Of a stretch of DNA of 64,000 bases, positions 45,853 to 56,089 are shown one piece after another. This DNA is from a virus (taxonomy: Duplodnaviria; Caudoviricetes). Position 1 is the first letter of the stretch; every line of letters begins with the position of its first letter. Where the stretch lies: the IMG/VR virus record IMGVR_UViG_3300027759_003166. One strand, 5' to 3'. The notes beneath the pieces were generated by a model. The model did not search any database, was not told where the DNA came from, and was given only the letters and a program-made list of their open reading frames with translations. Both the position numbers and the translations under genes were made by a program.

Positions 45853-48177
45853 TTAAAGTTTGCAGGCCTCACAGTCCTCATCGTCACTATATATAGTAAC
45901 AGGTTCTAATGCTACTAATCTATCACTTTGGGTCATTAATACATTTTTACTACCTACCTTATCCAGAAGGCTATAGTATATGGTCTTCAGGCCCCACTTG
46001 TAGGCTAACATTAAATTTTTAGCAATCAATGTACCAGGCACTTTTCCATCTTTAAAATGTCTCGGTGAATAGAAAGTATTAGTACTTAGACTTTGGTCAA
46101 TGTATGCTGCTAATACTGCTGACGTCTTTAAGTAGTCAACACAATCAGTTTGTTCCCACATTAATTGATAACGATTCTTTAGACGTTTGTATTCTGGAAC
46201 AACTTGTGTAAACGAGCCTGCTTTGCTTTCTTTAACACTGATTAGTTCCATAGGCATTTCAATACCATTCGTAGAGTTTAGTACAACACTACTCGATTCA
46301 ACGGGAGCAACTGCCATAAGTGTAGCATTACGTATTCCGTACTTCTTCATACGAGTACGCAATGGTTCCCAATCTATGTTTGGTGTAAAGTCTGTTAATT
46401 CGTTAACACCTTTGGCTCTACGTTCCCAGGGAAATATTCCCTTACCATAGTAAGTGTATTGACTACGTCCACATGGGCCGCGCTCTTGGGCCAGTTCTAC
46501 ACTTGCTTCAGTAAGGTAATATGCTTGATGTTCCATCCAACGTTTAACTTCTGCCAATGCTTCAGGTGTTCCATATTTAAAACTCTTACGAGCATGCCAG
46601 TAGGCTAAGTTTGTAATGCCAACGCCGAGGGGCTCAAAATCTGTATTGGCTAATTTACTCTGTATACTTAGGAAGTCTTGATAGTTTAATAAGTTACTTA
46701 GACTGCGAACTAATACACGGCAAGCCTTTCGCATCTCTTGCGGGTTCCTGAACGCACCCCAGTTGATTGACCCAAGAGTGCAAAGAGCAATGCGTCCCTC
46801 TGGATCTTCAATTCTTTGGAATGGCTTTGTGGGTAAAAGTATTTCCTGGCATAGATTTGATTGATATATTGGGTCAAGTTGTGTGTCAAACGGGCCCTGG
46901 TTAATAACGTTGTCGATGTTGACAAGATAGATGCGCCCAGTATCAGTGCGTTCTTTAAGGATACCATTTTTGAAGATTTCATCAGCAGATACGACCTTCT
47001 TTTTAATTGTCGGATGCTTTTCATAGTTTAGGTATAGTTGTTCAAATTCTTCACTGTTGCGATAGTAAGCTTCGTAGAGGTCTGGAACTTCTGCAGGATC
47101 AAACAATGTCATAGTTTGTCCATTTTTATATCTACGCCAAAACATAGCATTAACAACCACACTATAATCCATTTGACGTACACGGTTTTCTTCTGTGCCT
47201 TGATTGTTCTTTAATACAATAAGGTCTTCAAATTGATAATGCCAAACGGGAAATGTTACTGTACAACTAGCATTACGAATGCCACCTTGACTGCAACTAC
47301 GTAGATCAGCAAACCATTTCTTAAGGAATGGGATCATTCCTGTATGTTTAATTTCGCCATTGCGAATAGGGGCACCGAGAGGGCGTATACGTCCAATCTC
47401 TAATCCAATGCCAGCACGTTTACTGGCATACTTGGCCATCATTTCTCCTGATGCAAATATACTATCAAGGGTATCATCACTGCTGATAAGAACACAGCTT
47501 GAAAATTGTTTGGTAGTTGTGCCAAGGCCGGCAAGAACAGGAGTAGCGAGAGTAAAATGGCCGGCACAAGCACATTCATAATATTCTTTAACATATTTTA
47601 ATCTAACTTCATTTGTTTCATTGTGAAACGCAGTAGCAGCGGCCACTGCATAACGCACCTGTGGAGTTTCAAATATTTGTCCAGTAGCACGATTTTGCAC
47701 CAAATACTTTTCGCATAGTTGTGCAATCGCAGCATAGGTATAACTTTCATCTTTATCGTGATCAATGAATAGATTGATAATATTCCATTCATCTTCAGTA
47801 TACCAATCTAGTAGTTCCGTGGTATACATACCTGCCTCAACATTTTTCTTTACAATATCGTAGAGTGGAGGAGGATCGTATTGTCCATATACTTCTTTAC
47901 GTAGCATACTAACACGCTGTCTACCTGCAACGTATTGATAGTTAACATTGTTTATTTCTGGGTTTTCTGTTTCATCAACTAAATCTACCATGGCCTTTAA
48001 CAGTAGTTCATCTATAGTCTTAGTTGTCATTCCATCGTGCAGTTCTATCTGAGCTTTAATTTCGATCATACTTGGACTAACGCCGTCAATACCCCTACAA
48101 GAATATGCCACTTGTCTTTGTATCTTTTCAATGTCCATGGATACACGATTACCATTACGCTTTACTACTGTTATCAT
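45853..48177 (-). CDS. nrdA: Ribonucleotide reductase class Ia alpha subunit
   Basis: ATP cone (VVKRNG), FSSCVL, SNLCQEI, LCTLGS and C-terminal CEACKL. Confidence 0.96.
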   Translation of the reverse strand: MITVVKRNGNRVSMDIEKIQRQVAYSCRGIDGVSPSMIEIKAQIELHDGMTTKTIDELLLKAMVDLVDETENPEINNVNYQYVAGRQRVSMLRKEVYGQYDPPPLYDIVKKNVEAGMYTTELLDWYTEDEWNIINLFIDHDKDESYTYAAIAQLCEKYLVQNRATGQIFETPQVRYAVAAATAFHNETNEVRLKYVKEYYECACAGHFTLATPVLAGLGTTTKQFSSCVLISSDDTLDSIFASGEMMAKYASKRAGIGLEIGRIRPLGAPIRNGEIKHTGMIPFLKKWFADLRSCSQGGIRNASCTVTFPVWHYQFEDLIVLKNNQGTEENRVRQMDYSVVVNAMFWRRYKNGQTMTLFDPAEVPDLYEAYYRNSEEFEQLYLNYEKHPTIKKKVVSADEIFKNGILKERTDTGRIYLVNIDNVINQGPFDTQLDPIYQSNLCQEILLPTKPFQRIEDPEGRIALCTLGSINWGAFRNPQEMRKACRVLVRSLSNLLNYQDFLSIQSKLANTDFEPLGVGITNLAYWHARKSFKYGTPEALAEVKRWMEHQAYYLTEASVELAQERGPCGRSQYTYYGKGIFPWERRAKGVNELTDFTPNIDWEPLRTRMKKYGIRNATLMAVAPVESSSVVLNSTNGIEMPMELISVKESKAGSFTQVVPEYKRLKNRYQLMWEQTDCVDYLKTSAVLAAYIDQSLSTNTFYSPRHFKDGKVPGTLIAKNLMLAYKWGLKTIYYSLLDKVGSKNVLMTQSDRLVALEPVTIYSDDEDCEACKL

Positions 48178-48206
48178 TCTTTTACCTTTTTATGTTTATT
48201 TTCAAA

Positions 48207-48752
48207 TTAAGGTTTATTCCACCACCAAGCAATTTCACAAATAGCATCGGGACACAATTCTTTAACAGCTTTTTCAACACCAGGATATGGGAAGTCGTCG
48301 CCGGCCAATATGCCACCGGATCTTACTTTTGGTAACCAGGCTATGATATCAGCTTTTACATTTTCATAATCGTGTGATGCATCAATACATACAAAATCCA
48401 AACTATTATCTTCATAGAGTTCCGCTGCTTCTATACTAAGCATTCTTACAGGATTAAAACATCCTGCAACGGGTTTCAAATTATTTAAAAATTCATTATA
48501 AACAGAATCATCATGTACAATAGGAGTAGAATCATCAGCACTACCGCCCCAGGTATCTACACAATCAAATTTAATACTTTTTCCACTGTTAATAATTTCT
48601 ACACACATAGATGCCGCACTAGCACCTTTCCAAGATCCAATTTCTACAAAATGAGAACCATTATCTGCAACTTCTACTGCTTGCTGATACAACCATGGTA
48701 GTTGATTTGGCCAACCTTGTATAGTATGATAGAAATGATTAATTTTTTGCAT
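48207..48752 (-). CDS. Class I SAM-dependent methyltransferase (Methyltransf_24-like)
   Basis: VEIGSWKGAS, IDASHDY and GGILAGDD. Confidence 0.8.
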   Translation of the reverse strand: MQKINHFYHTIQGWPNQLPWLYQQAVEVADNGSHFVEIGSWKGASAASMCVEIINSGKSIKFDCVDTWGGSADDSTPIVHDDSVYNEFLNNLKPVAGCFNPVRMLSIEAAELYEDNSLDFVCIDASHDYENVKADIIAWLPKVRSGGILAGDDFPYPGVEKAVKELCPDAICEIAWWWNKP

Positions 48753-48800
48753 ATTGTTTATTCCTTTATTAATATAATGCTATTATGTCTTAGGTGATAT

Positions 48801-49235
48801 TTACCTGGGACTTGTAACCTCAATTAAATTTTCAAGTTTAAACTTACTTTCTAATTCATCAACCGAAACAGGACCGTTGTCATTGTAATTAAGCACCCAT
48901 GCATCATCGATGCACAGTACATTATACTCTTTTGTACGGCTAGAGTCAACTAACGTTTTGAGTTCTATCTTAATATTTTTATATTTTTTTGTCAATTTCA
49001 AAGTCCAACCCATCATTAACGTTTTGGTAAAATCGTCATACCTATTAGTTTCTATAATTTCCCAAGGTGTAGGCCAGCTTTTTTGATGATAGGGATCAAT
49101 ATTCCTATTATGTGGAATGAACGGAGCGGATTGCCAGAAGTTCCAAACTGCTTGTAAAGGGTCAGTACTCTGATCTAATTCTTTCCGATGTTCAATCCAC
49201 TCTGTTAGTCTTGCATCAACAGGTTGGTTAAACAT
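48801..49235 (-). CDS. Hypothetical protein
   Basis: SWPTPWEII motif; 144 aa ORF coupled to the upstream gene. Confidence 0.6.
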   Translation of the reverse strand: MFNQPVDARLTEWIEHRKELDQSTDPLQAVWNFWQSAPFIPHNRNIDPYHQKSWPTPWEIIETNRYDDFTKTLMMGWTLKLTKKYKNIKIELKTLVDSSRTKEYNVLCIDDAWVLNYNDNGPVSVDELESKFKLENLIEVTSPR

Positions 49236-49237
49236 AA

Positions 49238-50974
49238 TTAGACCATTAGGTTAGTTTGGTATTCTAGAGTTAGTGGATCACCGGAGTAATCGTTTAATGT
49301 AACAATATCAATTTCAAAATAGGCACGGGCTGGGTTAACAGTCATTGACCATGATATATTTGCATCACCGGTGTTATAACTATATGCATCTCCAATAGTA
49401 TCTGTATTAGTAGGGTTATCACCCGGTTGTACATATACATCAAGTTTTCCTATTCTATCAATAGTATATGCTCCGGGAGCACCTTGTGTTAACGTGTATT
49501 CTATTGATAAATGTTGACCGAGACTGGTTATAGGTAATCTTATTATTGGTGTAGAAACACTAGCACCGGAATTAACTACCGCAGTATTAACACCCGGATT
49601 ATTAATTGTTGTTCTTCCTTCGACTAGTGGATTGTAACGAATATTACCACCAAAGTTTTGATTTTGATATTCTTGTCTATCAAACCAATCATTAATGGTT
49701 AAATTACCATCAGACAGATATGTAATAACAGCGGTGCCAGTAGTACTATCTCTATTGTACGTACTATTTCCAACATGATAGAAACGATTGTTCATACTAA
49801 TATGATCAGTATTTAATTGCATACGATCAGTACTTAATGCAGATCCACTAGCACCAACATATATTGCCTGTGCCTCAATTTTCATAAATCTATTATTTAA
49901 AATTCTAGCTCCGCGTGGTCCTATAGTTGCTGTCGCATCCACTGGTTCATTGAATGTAATACCTCTTACGGAATTATAAAATTGAGAATTTTGTATAATA
50001 GGATTTACAATATCATAATTTGATCTAATACAATGAAATAATCCATCAAATTCACAATTATCAATTAACAAATTATTAGAAGATACTGTTAAATTTTCTG
50101 AACTGGTATATCCTCTAATTTCAATTCCTGAATGTCCTGCATCGGCTGTATCACCAATGACATGATTACCAGCAAATCTAACATCTTTAAAAACAGCATT
50201 TTCAGAACAATCTAAAGTTACTAGACTTTGGCAATTTTGTACACCACTTAACAATGGATCATATCTTATAGTAAGTCCTTCTATACGAATATAATTTGGC
50301 TGGCCTCGCCCTGATGTTATAGTTCCTAGATCAAATGTTACTCTTGATGTAAACTCATCATTGATGTCAGCATCTATAGTTTGTATAGCATGACTACTGT
50401 CTAAAGCAATTAAATTGATAATTGTTTTACCAATGCCATCTCCAACAATAGTTGTATATGCTGGTAAAAGTAAAGGTTGATCTATATTGTAAACACCTGT
50501 AGGAAAATATAAAACTCTAGCACTATATTTTCCATAAATTGCACCATCCTTTAAAGGATCAAGAAACAATTTGTCAATGGCATTTTGTATTGTTAATACT
50601 TCATTAGCATTGCCTCCCTCACCTACAACACCAAAATCTTTGATATTAACAAAATCATCGAGCTTTTTATTGATATCCCTTATAACCGCAAGACCTGTAT
50701 CAATATTAGCAGTGATGGGTGGATCTGTATCTGCACGATAGGTGTAGTCAGCAACTGCTGGAGAATTGAATATATTTTCTGTGGGTAGAAGATCGTTCTC
50801 TGTTAGAATTCTAACATTGGCATCTCTTGCACCACCGTCATCTCTGCGTAGACCAATGTATAGATGTTCAGTGTCAGCTGCCCAACCAAATTCTCCACCT
50901 GCAAGTGTAGGTATACCTGTTTGATTTTCTTGTCCTCTTCGGACTTGTATTCTCGAGATCTCAATTATCGCCAT
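49238..50974 (-). CDS. Tail fibre / spike-like protein with a pectin-lyase-type beta-helix
   Basis: RIQVRRG...LAGGEFGWAAD N-terminal tail-attachment motif, VNIKDFGVVG.G, LYFPTGVY and parallel beta-helix repeats. Confidence 0.75.
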   Translation of the reverse strand: MAIIEISRIQVRRGQENQTGIPTLAGGEFGWAADTEHLYIGLRRDDGGARDANVRILTENDLLPTENIFNSPAVADYTYRADTDPPITANIDTGLAVIRDINKKLDDFVNIKDFGVVGEGGNANEVLTIQNAIDKLFLDPLKDGAIYGKYSARVLYFPTGVYNIDQPLLLPAYTTIVGDGIGKTIINLIALDSSHAIQTIDADINDEFTSRVTFDLGTITSGRGQPNYIRIEGLTIRYDPLLSGVQNCQSLVTLDCSENAVFKDVRFAGNHVIGDTADAGHSGIEIRGYTSSENLTVSSNNLLIDNCEFDGLFHCIRSNYDIVNPIIQNSQFYNSVRGITFNEPVDATATIGPRGARILNNRFMKIEAQAIYVGASGSALSTDRMQLNTDHISMNNRFYHVGNSTYNRDSTTGTAVITYLSDGNLTINDWFDRQEYQNQNFGGNIRYNPLVEGRTTINNPGVNTAVVNSGASVSTPIIRLPITSLGQHLSIEYTLTQGAPGAYTIDRIGKLDVYVQPGDNPTNTDTIGDAYSYNTGDANISWSMTVNPARAYFEIDIVTLNDYSGDPLTLEYQTNLMV

Positions 50975-50991
50975 CTTAGACTCCTGATACT

Positions 50992-51675
50992 CTATTTATC
51001 GAACCAAACTCGTTTACCATTTACTAGTTTCCACGATCGTCCTTTACAGCCGTTATCAATAATAACTTTACCTCTTTTATTTTCATAAGGTGGCAATGGT
51101 GGCATATCTGCTCTTCTTATACGCCAACCTTTTGATTGTTTTTGAAATAATGGATGTCCTGGTGTATTTGATTCAGAAACAAAAGATGACCCTATACCAT
51201 GTTCTTTACACCATTTTGATATATTATGAATCAATGTTTCATTGGTATCTCCTATCCTACTAACATACCAATCTTTTGCTCTATTTTCGCCTTGTTTTGT
51301 GTGTAATGCTGTTTTTTTTTCTGTTGTTAACAAATTGTACCAATTTCTAACACCTTGCATTTTGTAATTACTTCTATCTATATTATCATAAGAAATAAAT
51401 TTACTACGATCCCCTCCTGTTCCTCCGTGGACAAGATTATAACAAGCAGGGTCTAATAGAGCACCAGACAAATTTATCCACTTAATTTCTTTTATATTCA
51501 ACTCTTCTTCATTTATACAAGTTTCTAGTATAGTTTTATCAAAATTTTCAATTCCATATTTTTTATAGGCTTGTTTAAGGAGTTTTCCAGAACCCATATA
51601 ATTAGGATCAGATCCATTATGTTTTCCTATATACCACTTGCCATTAATTTTATTGGTAATTTTATAGATGTACAT
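50992..51675 (-). mobile_element. Free-standing GIY-YIG homing endonuclease (Seg-like)
   Basis: MYIYKITNKINGKWYIGKH...YMGSGK...YN. Confidence 0.85.
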
Positions 51676-51710
51676 ACATCTATTTATAAGTAATTTAGAT
51701 AATGGGCATT

Positions 51711-52436
51711 TTACTTAGTTAGGGCGTAGTATTCTTCTACTTTGTTAAGCCACATATCTTGATACTTATTAAAGTCTTCAGGTTTTAGATCAAACTGCTG
51801 ATATATTTCTCCGCCGGGTTTCATTCCATCGTCGCCTCTACTGACCATAAAAATATGTCCTTCACGCATATCTGTACCATATACTTCATTATGTGCTAAT
51901 GTATAAGCCATTAATTGTAGATAATAGTCTTCGACCCATTCTGCTTTTTTAGGTTTGTTAGTTTGTTTGTAGTCAGCAATACACGGATTACCCTTGTATA
52001 CACATACAAGATCTGTGGTTCCACTATATAACCCGGGAAAATAAAGACTTTGTTCCATGGCCCATACTTCATCGACATCTTTCAAACCATTTTCAATAAT
52101 AACATTTGCCATAGCATTGGCTTTGATATGAACTGGATTATTACCAGGCTGACGTTGTTCTCCAATTAAGAACCTTTCTAAATTGGAGTGAAGCCCGGTC
52201 CCTACCCCGGCAGCCTCTGTGGTAATCTGTTGTGCTTTATCATGTCCGATACGATCACGCCATTGATTTAAATGGGTCATATCTTTAGTAGCGCCAAGAA
52301 TAGTAGTTACGCTAGGTAACTTCTCTCCGTCCGGAGTTCGATAAACTCGTTTACGGGTTACTGGATCATTAATTTGAACACAGTTTTTATATTGGAAACG
52401 TTCAACGAACGCAGGAGGAGTATAGGTTGTTGTCAT
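51711..52436 (-). CDS. PD-(D/E)xK exonuclease (Cas4/RecB-like phage family)
   Basis: PSVTTIL, GTGLH, E...YSGTTD...ADYKQ and QLMAY. Confidence 0.8.
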   Translation of the reverse strand: MTTTYTPPAFVERFQYKNCVQINDPVTRKRVYRTPDGEKLPSVTTILGATKDMTHLNQWRDRIGHDKAQQITTEAAGVGTGLHSNLERFLIGEQRQPGNNPVHIKANAMANVIIENGLKDVDEVWAMEQSLYFPGLYSGTTDLVCVYKGNPCIADYKQTNKPKKAEWVEDYYLQLMAYTLAHNEVYGTDMREGHIFMVSRGDDGMKPGGEIYQQFDLKPEDFNKYQDMWLNKVEEYYALTK

Positions 52437-52444
52437 ATAGTGTA

Positions 52445-52473
52445 ATTATAACACCACACGATTTATATGTCAA
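52445..52473 (-). promoter_or_regulatory. Consensus sigma70 promoter
   Basis: TTGACA-N17-TATAAT, 8 nt from the ATG, with no SD. Confidence 0.85.
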
Positions 52474-52832
52474 AGATCTGGTTTTAATTTTTTGGCATTT
52501 CTGGATGCCATTGCATCAAGTGTTGAACTGCCACCGGAAGTAGGTTGTACTTTATCTTGATTAGGATTCTGTGCAGCAGTTTTAACAATAACAGAGCCGT
52601 CATTCAATACGCTGTCAATAACTGTACCAGCTGCATCAACTGCTTCGGCCCATTTACGTATTCCATCTGGTGTACTAATACCTAAATCGTATTGATCCAA
52701 CATATTAATCATTGCAGAAAAAGGCACAGTCAAAGACTGTCCTCTTCCTGCAGAGCCTGGCTGATTGGCTTTACTTTGTAGAATCCTCAGAACGTTTCTT
52801 GCGGATCCAAGATCTACTTCAAATAATTTCAT
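52470..52832 (-). CDS. Hypothetical protein
   Basis: 120 aa ORF coupled to the upstream gene. Confidence 0.6.
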   Translation of the reverse strand: MKLFEVDLGSARNVLRILQSKANQPGSAGRGQSLTVPFSAMINMLDQYDLGISTPDGIRKWAEAVDAAGTVIDSVLNDGSVIVKTAAQNPNQDKVQPTSGGSSTLDAMASRNAKKLKPDL

Positions 52833-54227
52833 TTACTTTGCCAATGAAGCCATAATGTTATGTGATTCGGCTAGTTTGCGAGCAAACTTGTTTTCACGCA
52901 TTTCACGACCAGTTGTGCCTGCACCTGCTGCTGCATCTGCTCCACCAAATTCATCACCTACTGGTTCTGGATTCATGTCGTCAGGTGCGCTCATATCCAT
53001 TCCTGGCTCCATGGGCATTTCTGGTTCCATGCCCATTGATGCATCAGGAGTAGCTTCACCTGCTAATACTGCCACAGCATTGCTGATAGCTTCACGTTGT
53101 TGAGTCAGTGTTTCTAGTGAAGCACTTAGTGCTGGACCAACTGTTGCTTTAAATGCTTCTGCCTGTTGCGCTCCAAAGTCTGCTTTAATAGCGTCAGCTA
53201 ATTCAATCATTGTTTTAGTTTGATATTGACCAACACGTTGCATCCAACTTGTAAAGTCATTGACCATATCGCCTGCACTGGTAATAGCCTTGGCTTTAGC
53301 TTCTTCATCTTCGGCCAATAAGAAACTTAAACTTTCATTAACAAAACGTACATTGTGTTTGAAGTTACTTTCTTCTAATTGACCAGCCTTCTTCATCTTT
53401 TGGAATTGTGCGCCAGCAATCTTTTGACCTTTCTCACCACCACCTACTTTCTTGGCCAACGCTTTGAAACCTGTGGTCTTGTTGTTGTGTTTGCCCATAT
53501 CACGTTCGTACATACCACTGCACTCTTTGCAATTGCAGTCCTTAGGATGAGCAGACCCTTCTTTAACTTTCTTTTCTTTTGGCTTGTCTTCAGTACCATT
53601 GTCAAATGTGTTTGACTTACGTGTATAAGCAGTACCAGTGGTGGTTGTTTTCTTATCAAACTTACCAGTACCTTTAGCCTTCTCACGCTCGGCGTGTGCT
53701 GCCTTAGCAGTGTCAACAGTAGGAAAGCCTTCTTTGACTTTCTTATCCTTGATGGCTTTCTTCATTGGCTCTTTCTTATCGCCATCTTTATCCATGTCTA
53801 AGAAGTCAGGCTTTGCGCCCTTCTTGGCTTCTTTAACTTCCTTGTCAGCTACAGCTTTTTTCATTGGCTCTTTTTTGTTGCCGTCTTTGTCCATGTCTAG
53901 GAAGTCTGGCTTGGCTTTTTTCTTACCTTCGCTTAGTTCCATCATTTTGTCACGTAGTTGTTTAATATTTTCGCCTAGCATTTCTTTAATCCTTGTATTA
54001 AGCAAGTCCAACATGGCCTTGTCTTTTTGGTATGTTTCGTTGGTTAGCAAGTCATTGATACCTGCTGAGCCTTCCTGTTGGAAAACACGGGTACGTAATT
54101 TATTACGCATGTCTTCTAGCTGTTCTCTTGAATAGTTTTCCAACTTAACTCGTACACCGAACATTTTGTTCATGTTTTCGTTTAGTTTGGCACTTGTTAG
54201 CGGAGAGTTAAAATCACTTGTTTTCAT
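52833..54227 (-). CDS. Probable virion scaffold/core-like protein with duplicated DxDxDG motifs
   Basis: KPDFLDMDKDG[ND]KKEPMKKA twice, Lys-rich and acidic Pro/Met-rich regions. Confidence 0.55.
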   Translation of the reverse strand: MKTSDFNSPLTSAKLNENMNKMFGVRVKLENYSREQLEDMRNKLRTRVFQQEGSAGINDLLTNETYQKDKAMLDLLNTRIKEMLGENIKQLRDKMMELSEGKKKAKPDFLDMDKDGNKKEPMKKAVADKEVKEAKKGAKPDFLDMDKDGDKKEPMKKAIKDKKVKEGFPTVDTAKAAHAEREKAKGTGKFDKKTTTTGTAYTRKSNTFDNGTEDKPKEKKVKEGSAHPKDCNCKECSGMYERDMGKHNNKTTGFKALAKKVGGGEKGQKIAGAQFQKMKKAGQLEESNFKHNVRFVNESLSFLLAEDEEAKAKAITSAGDMVNDFTSWMQRVGQYQTKTMIELADAIKADFGAQQAEAFKATVGPALSASLETLTQQREAISNAVAVLAGEATPDASMGMEPEMPMEPGMDMSAPDDMNPEPVGDEFGGADAAAGAGTTGREMRENKFARKLAESHNIMASLAK

Positions 54228-54257
54228 AGTTAATCCCGGAAAGATTGATAATATTAT

Positions 54258-54731
54258 TTAGTTAAATTGCATAAGTTTATTAAAACTTCTCATTACGGTT
54301 TTAAGGTGTTGTTCCTTCTTATATCTATCTATTTTAGCCTTTGTATACATAACATCAGCACGATCTATCATTTTAGTTTTTATATTCTTGTCAGCTAACT
54401 TAGTATGTAGTTCTTCATTAAACAATGAATATCCATAGCCTGTATCAGCATCAACAATTTCATCATCGATGTATTTGCCTAATGCTAGTCTATTAGCCAC
54501 TACTGCTGCTGTTTGTGGGAGGTTAATTTTGTCCAGGATTACTTCTTTTTCGAAGTCTAAAATGCAATAAAACCCATCTTTTTTCCGTTTAATTGCATAG
54601 TTTCCTACGTTAATGGTGCCATCTTTACTTCTAATAGGCACGACTACACCTTGTTGTAGTAATTTTGATTTAGCGTCTTTGCTGAGTTTTTCTATTGTTG
54701 AATAGACATCATTGGGTAGTTGTTGTTTCAT
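54258..54731 (-). CDS. Hypothetical protein
   Basis: 157 aa ORF in the late cluster. Confidence 0.6.
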   Translation of the reverse strand: MKQQLPNDVYSTIEKLSKDAKSKLLQQGVVVPIRSKDGTINVGNYAIKRKKDGFYCILDFEKEVILDKINLPQTAAVVANRLALGKYIDDEIVDADTGYGYSLFNEELHTKLADKNIKTKMIDRADVMYTKAKIDRYKKEQHLKTVMRSFNKLMQFN

Positions 54732-54924
54732 CTAGTTTCTTTACCATTGTTCGGTTATCTTTACTTATCGAGTAAATTCCCTTGCGGACAAGGTTTTGAG
54801 CCAACCATAGGTCGTGCTCATCCAAACTGGTAATAGATACATTATCATTATGTCTATTGACAAAAGATTGTTCTTCATTGGTAAGAACAATATGCATCCC
54901 TGATAATAACTGACCTATTTTCAT
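54709..54924 (-). CDS. Hypothetical protein
   Basis: 71 aa; AQNLVRKGIY. Confidence 0.55.
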   Translation of the reverse strand: MKIGQLLSGMHIVLTNEEQSFVNRHNDNVSITSLDEHDLWLAQNLVRKGIYSISKDNRTMVKKLDETTTTQ

Positions 54925-55223
54925 ACTTTTGGTGGTTGTTGCATTTGCTGCTGCATTTGCTGTTGTTTTTGTTTTAGGCCTACAATCTGTGCCGCAATTT
55001 TATCAAGGTCAGTCATAGTGGTTTGCATACCTTGCTGTAGTGCGGGATTAGGTGCTGGTGCTACAGGTGGTTGTTGCCCTGGTGCTGGTGCTGTACCTAC
55101 AGGTAGAGTTTGTGCAGGTAACGTGGGTGGTGTTGTTCCCGGTGTATCAGACGGTAAGTTTGGTGGAGGGTTAGCAATAGGCTGTGTGCTTGATACTGCT
55201 TCGACTAATTCTTGTATTTTCAT
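54921..55223 (-). CDS. Pro/Gln-rich protein
   Basis: MKIQELVE start followed by low-complexity sequence. Confidence 0.6.
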   Translation of the reverse strand: MKIQELVEAVSSTQPIANPPPNLPSDTPGTTPPTLPAQTLPVGTAPAPGQQPPVAPAPNPALQQGMQTTMTDLDKIAAQIVGLKQKQQQMQQQMQQPPKV

Positions 55224-55224
55224 T

Positions 55225-55545
55225 TTATTTTAAGATACTTAATAATGCATCACCATGTGCTGTAATCCAACCTAATGCTGCTATTGCGCCTGCACTAAGA
55301 TAAACCCATTTTGTTTTAAATTGCTCTAACTCTTTAATCTTATAGGCTAATTCACCATGTTGATCAACATTGGCGTCGTGCATTACTTTAAGTTGATCCA
55401 TAATACTATCACGTGTCTTATCAAGGCACTCATGCATATCTTTGACATCTACTTTAAGGTCGTCGATTTTTTCTTCAATGTTATCTACTTTTGTTTCTAA
55501 TACGCTAACACGTTCTGGAACGGTAGCTAATGCTGATGTTGCCAT
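55225..55545 (-). CDS. Coiled-coil protein with a C-terminal TM (holin-like or haemolysin XhlA-like)
   Basis: Heptad repeats followed by WVYLSAGAIAALGWI; GGAGA SD. Confidence 0.5.
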   Translation of the reverse strand: MATSALATVPERVSVLETKVDNIEEKIDDLKVDVKDMHECLDKTRDSIMDQLKVMHDANVDQHGELAYKIKELEQFKTKWVYLSAGAIAALGWITAHGDALLSILK

Positions 55546-55591
55546 CTCAAGTCTCTCCTTTAGGGTGTACGAATTTCCAACTTTATGTTGC

Positions 55592-56017
55592 CTAAGTTGT
55601 GCCTTTGATTGCCTTGATGATGGTATTCTTGGAAGTGCTATCTATTAGTTCGAAAATAGCCTTCTCGATATTTATCGTTTCAGTTAACTTTTCTATCACG
55701 GGCACACCATGTACATCTTCAAGTAAACATCCTATATCGTTATCGCCTTTGGCATATGCTCCTGATCTGTCAGGGCTAAATCTAAATGTCCATACAGCAT
55801 GTTTACCTTTGTACTTAGAACCAAATCCGTGATCCTTAACATCTATTACTTGCATCTCAGGTGAAAAATCATAGGAGATAATTGATCTAAGTTCTGCACA
55901 TTGTTTTAATGTTGTGAAGTTTCTATGTTGATCTATTTCAAGTTGTGTACCCTGGTTAGGTCTTGACACTTTAGTGTTTGTAATATCTACTAATGTTTTT
56001 ATTTCAATGAGTTGCAT
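55592..56017 (-). CDS. Hypothetical phage protein
   Basis: TLVDIT...QHRNFTTL; TAAATA upstream. Confidence 0.6.
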   Translation of the reverse strand: MQLIEIKTLVDITNTKVSRPNQGTQLEIDQHRNFTTLKQCAELRSIISYDFSPEMQVIDVKDHGFGSKYKGKHAVWTFRFSPDRSGAYAKGDNDIGCLLEDVHGVPVIEKLTETINIEKAIFELIDSTSKNTIIKAIKGTT

Positions 56018-56046
56018 AATATACCTATATAATATATTTATGTCGT

Positions 56047-56073
56047 AAAAAAAGGAAGTTAAAAAACTTCCTT
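56047..56073 (-). terminator. Rho-independent terminator
   Basis: AAGGAAGTT-N4-AACTTCCTT followed by a T run. Confidence 0.75.
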
Positions 56074-56089
56074 CTTTAATAATTTAATA

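Noticed and set aside
44744-48177. Introns or inteins in nrdA/nrdB
   Set aside because: Both ORFs are continuous and of normal length (774 and 366 aa), with no intein-like insert.
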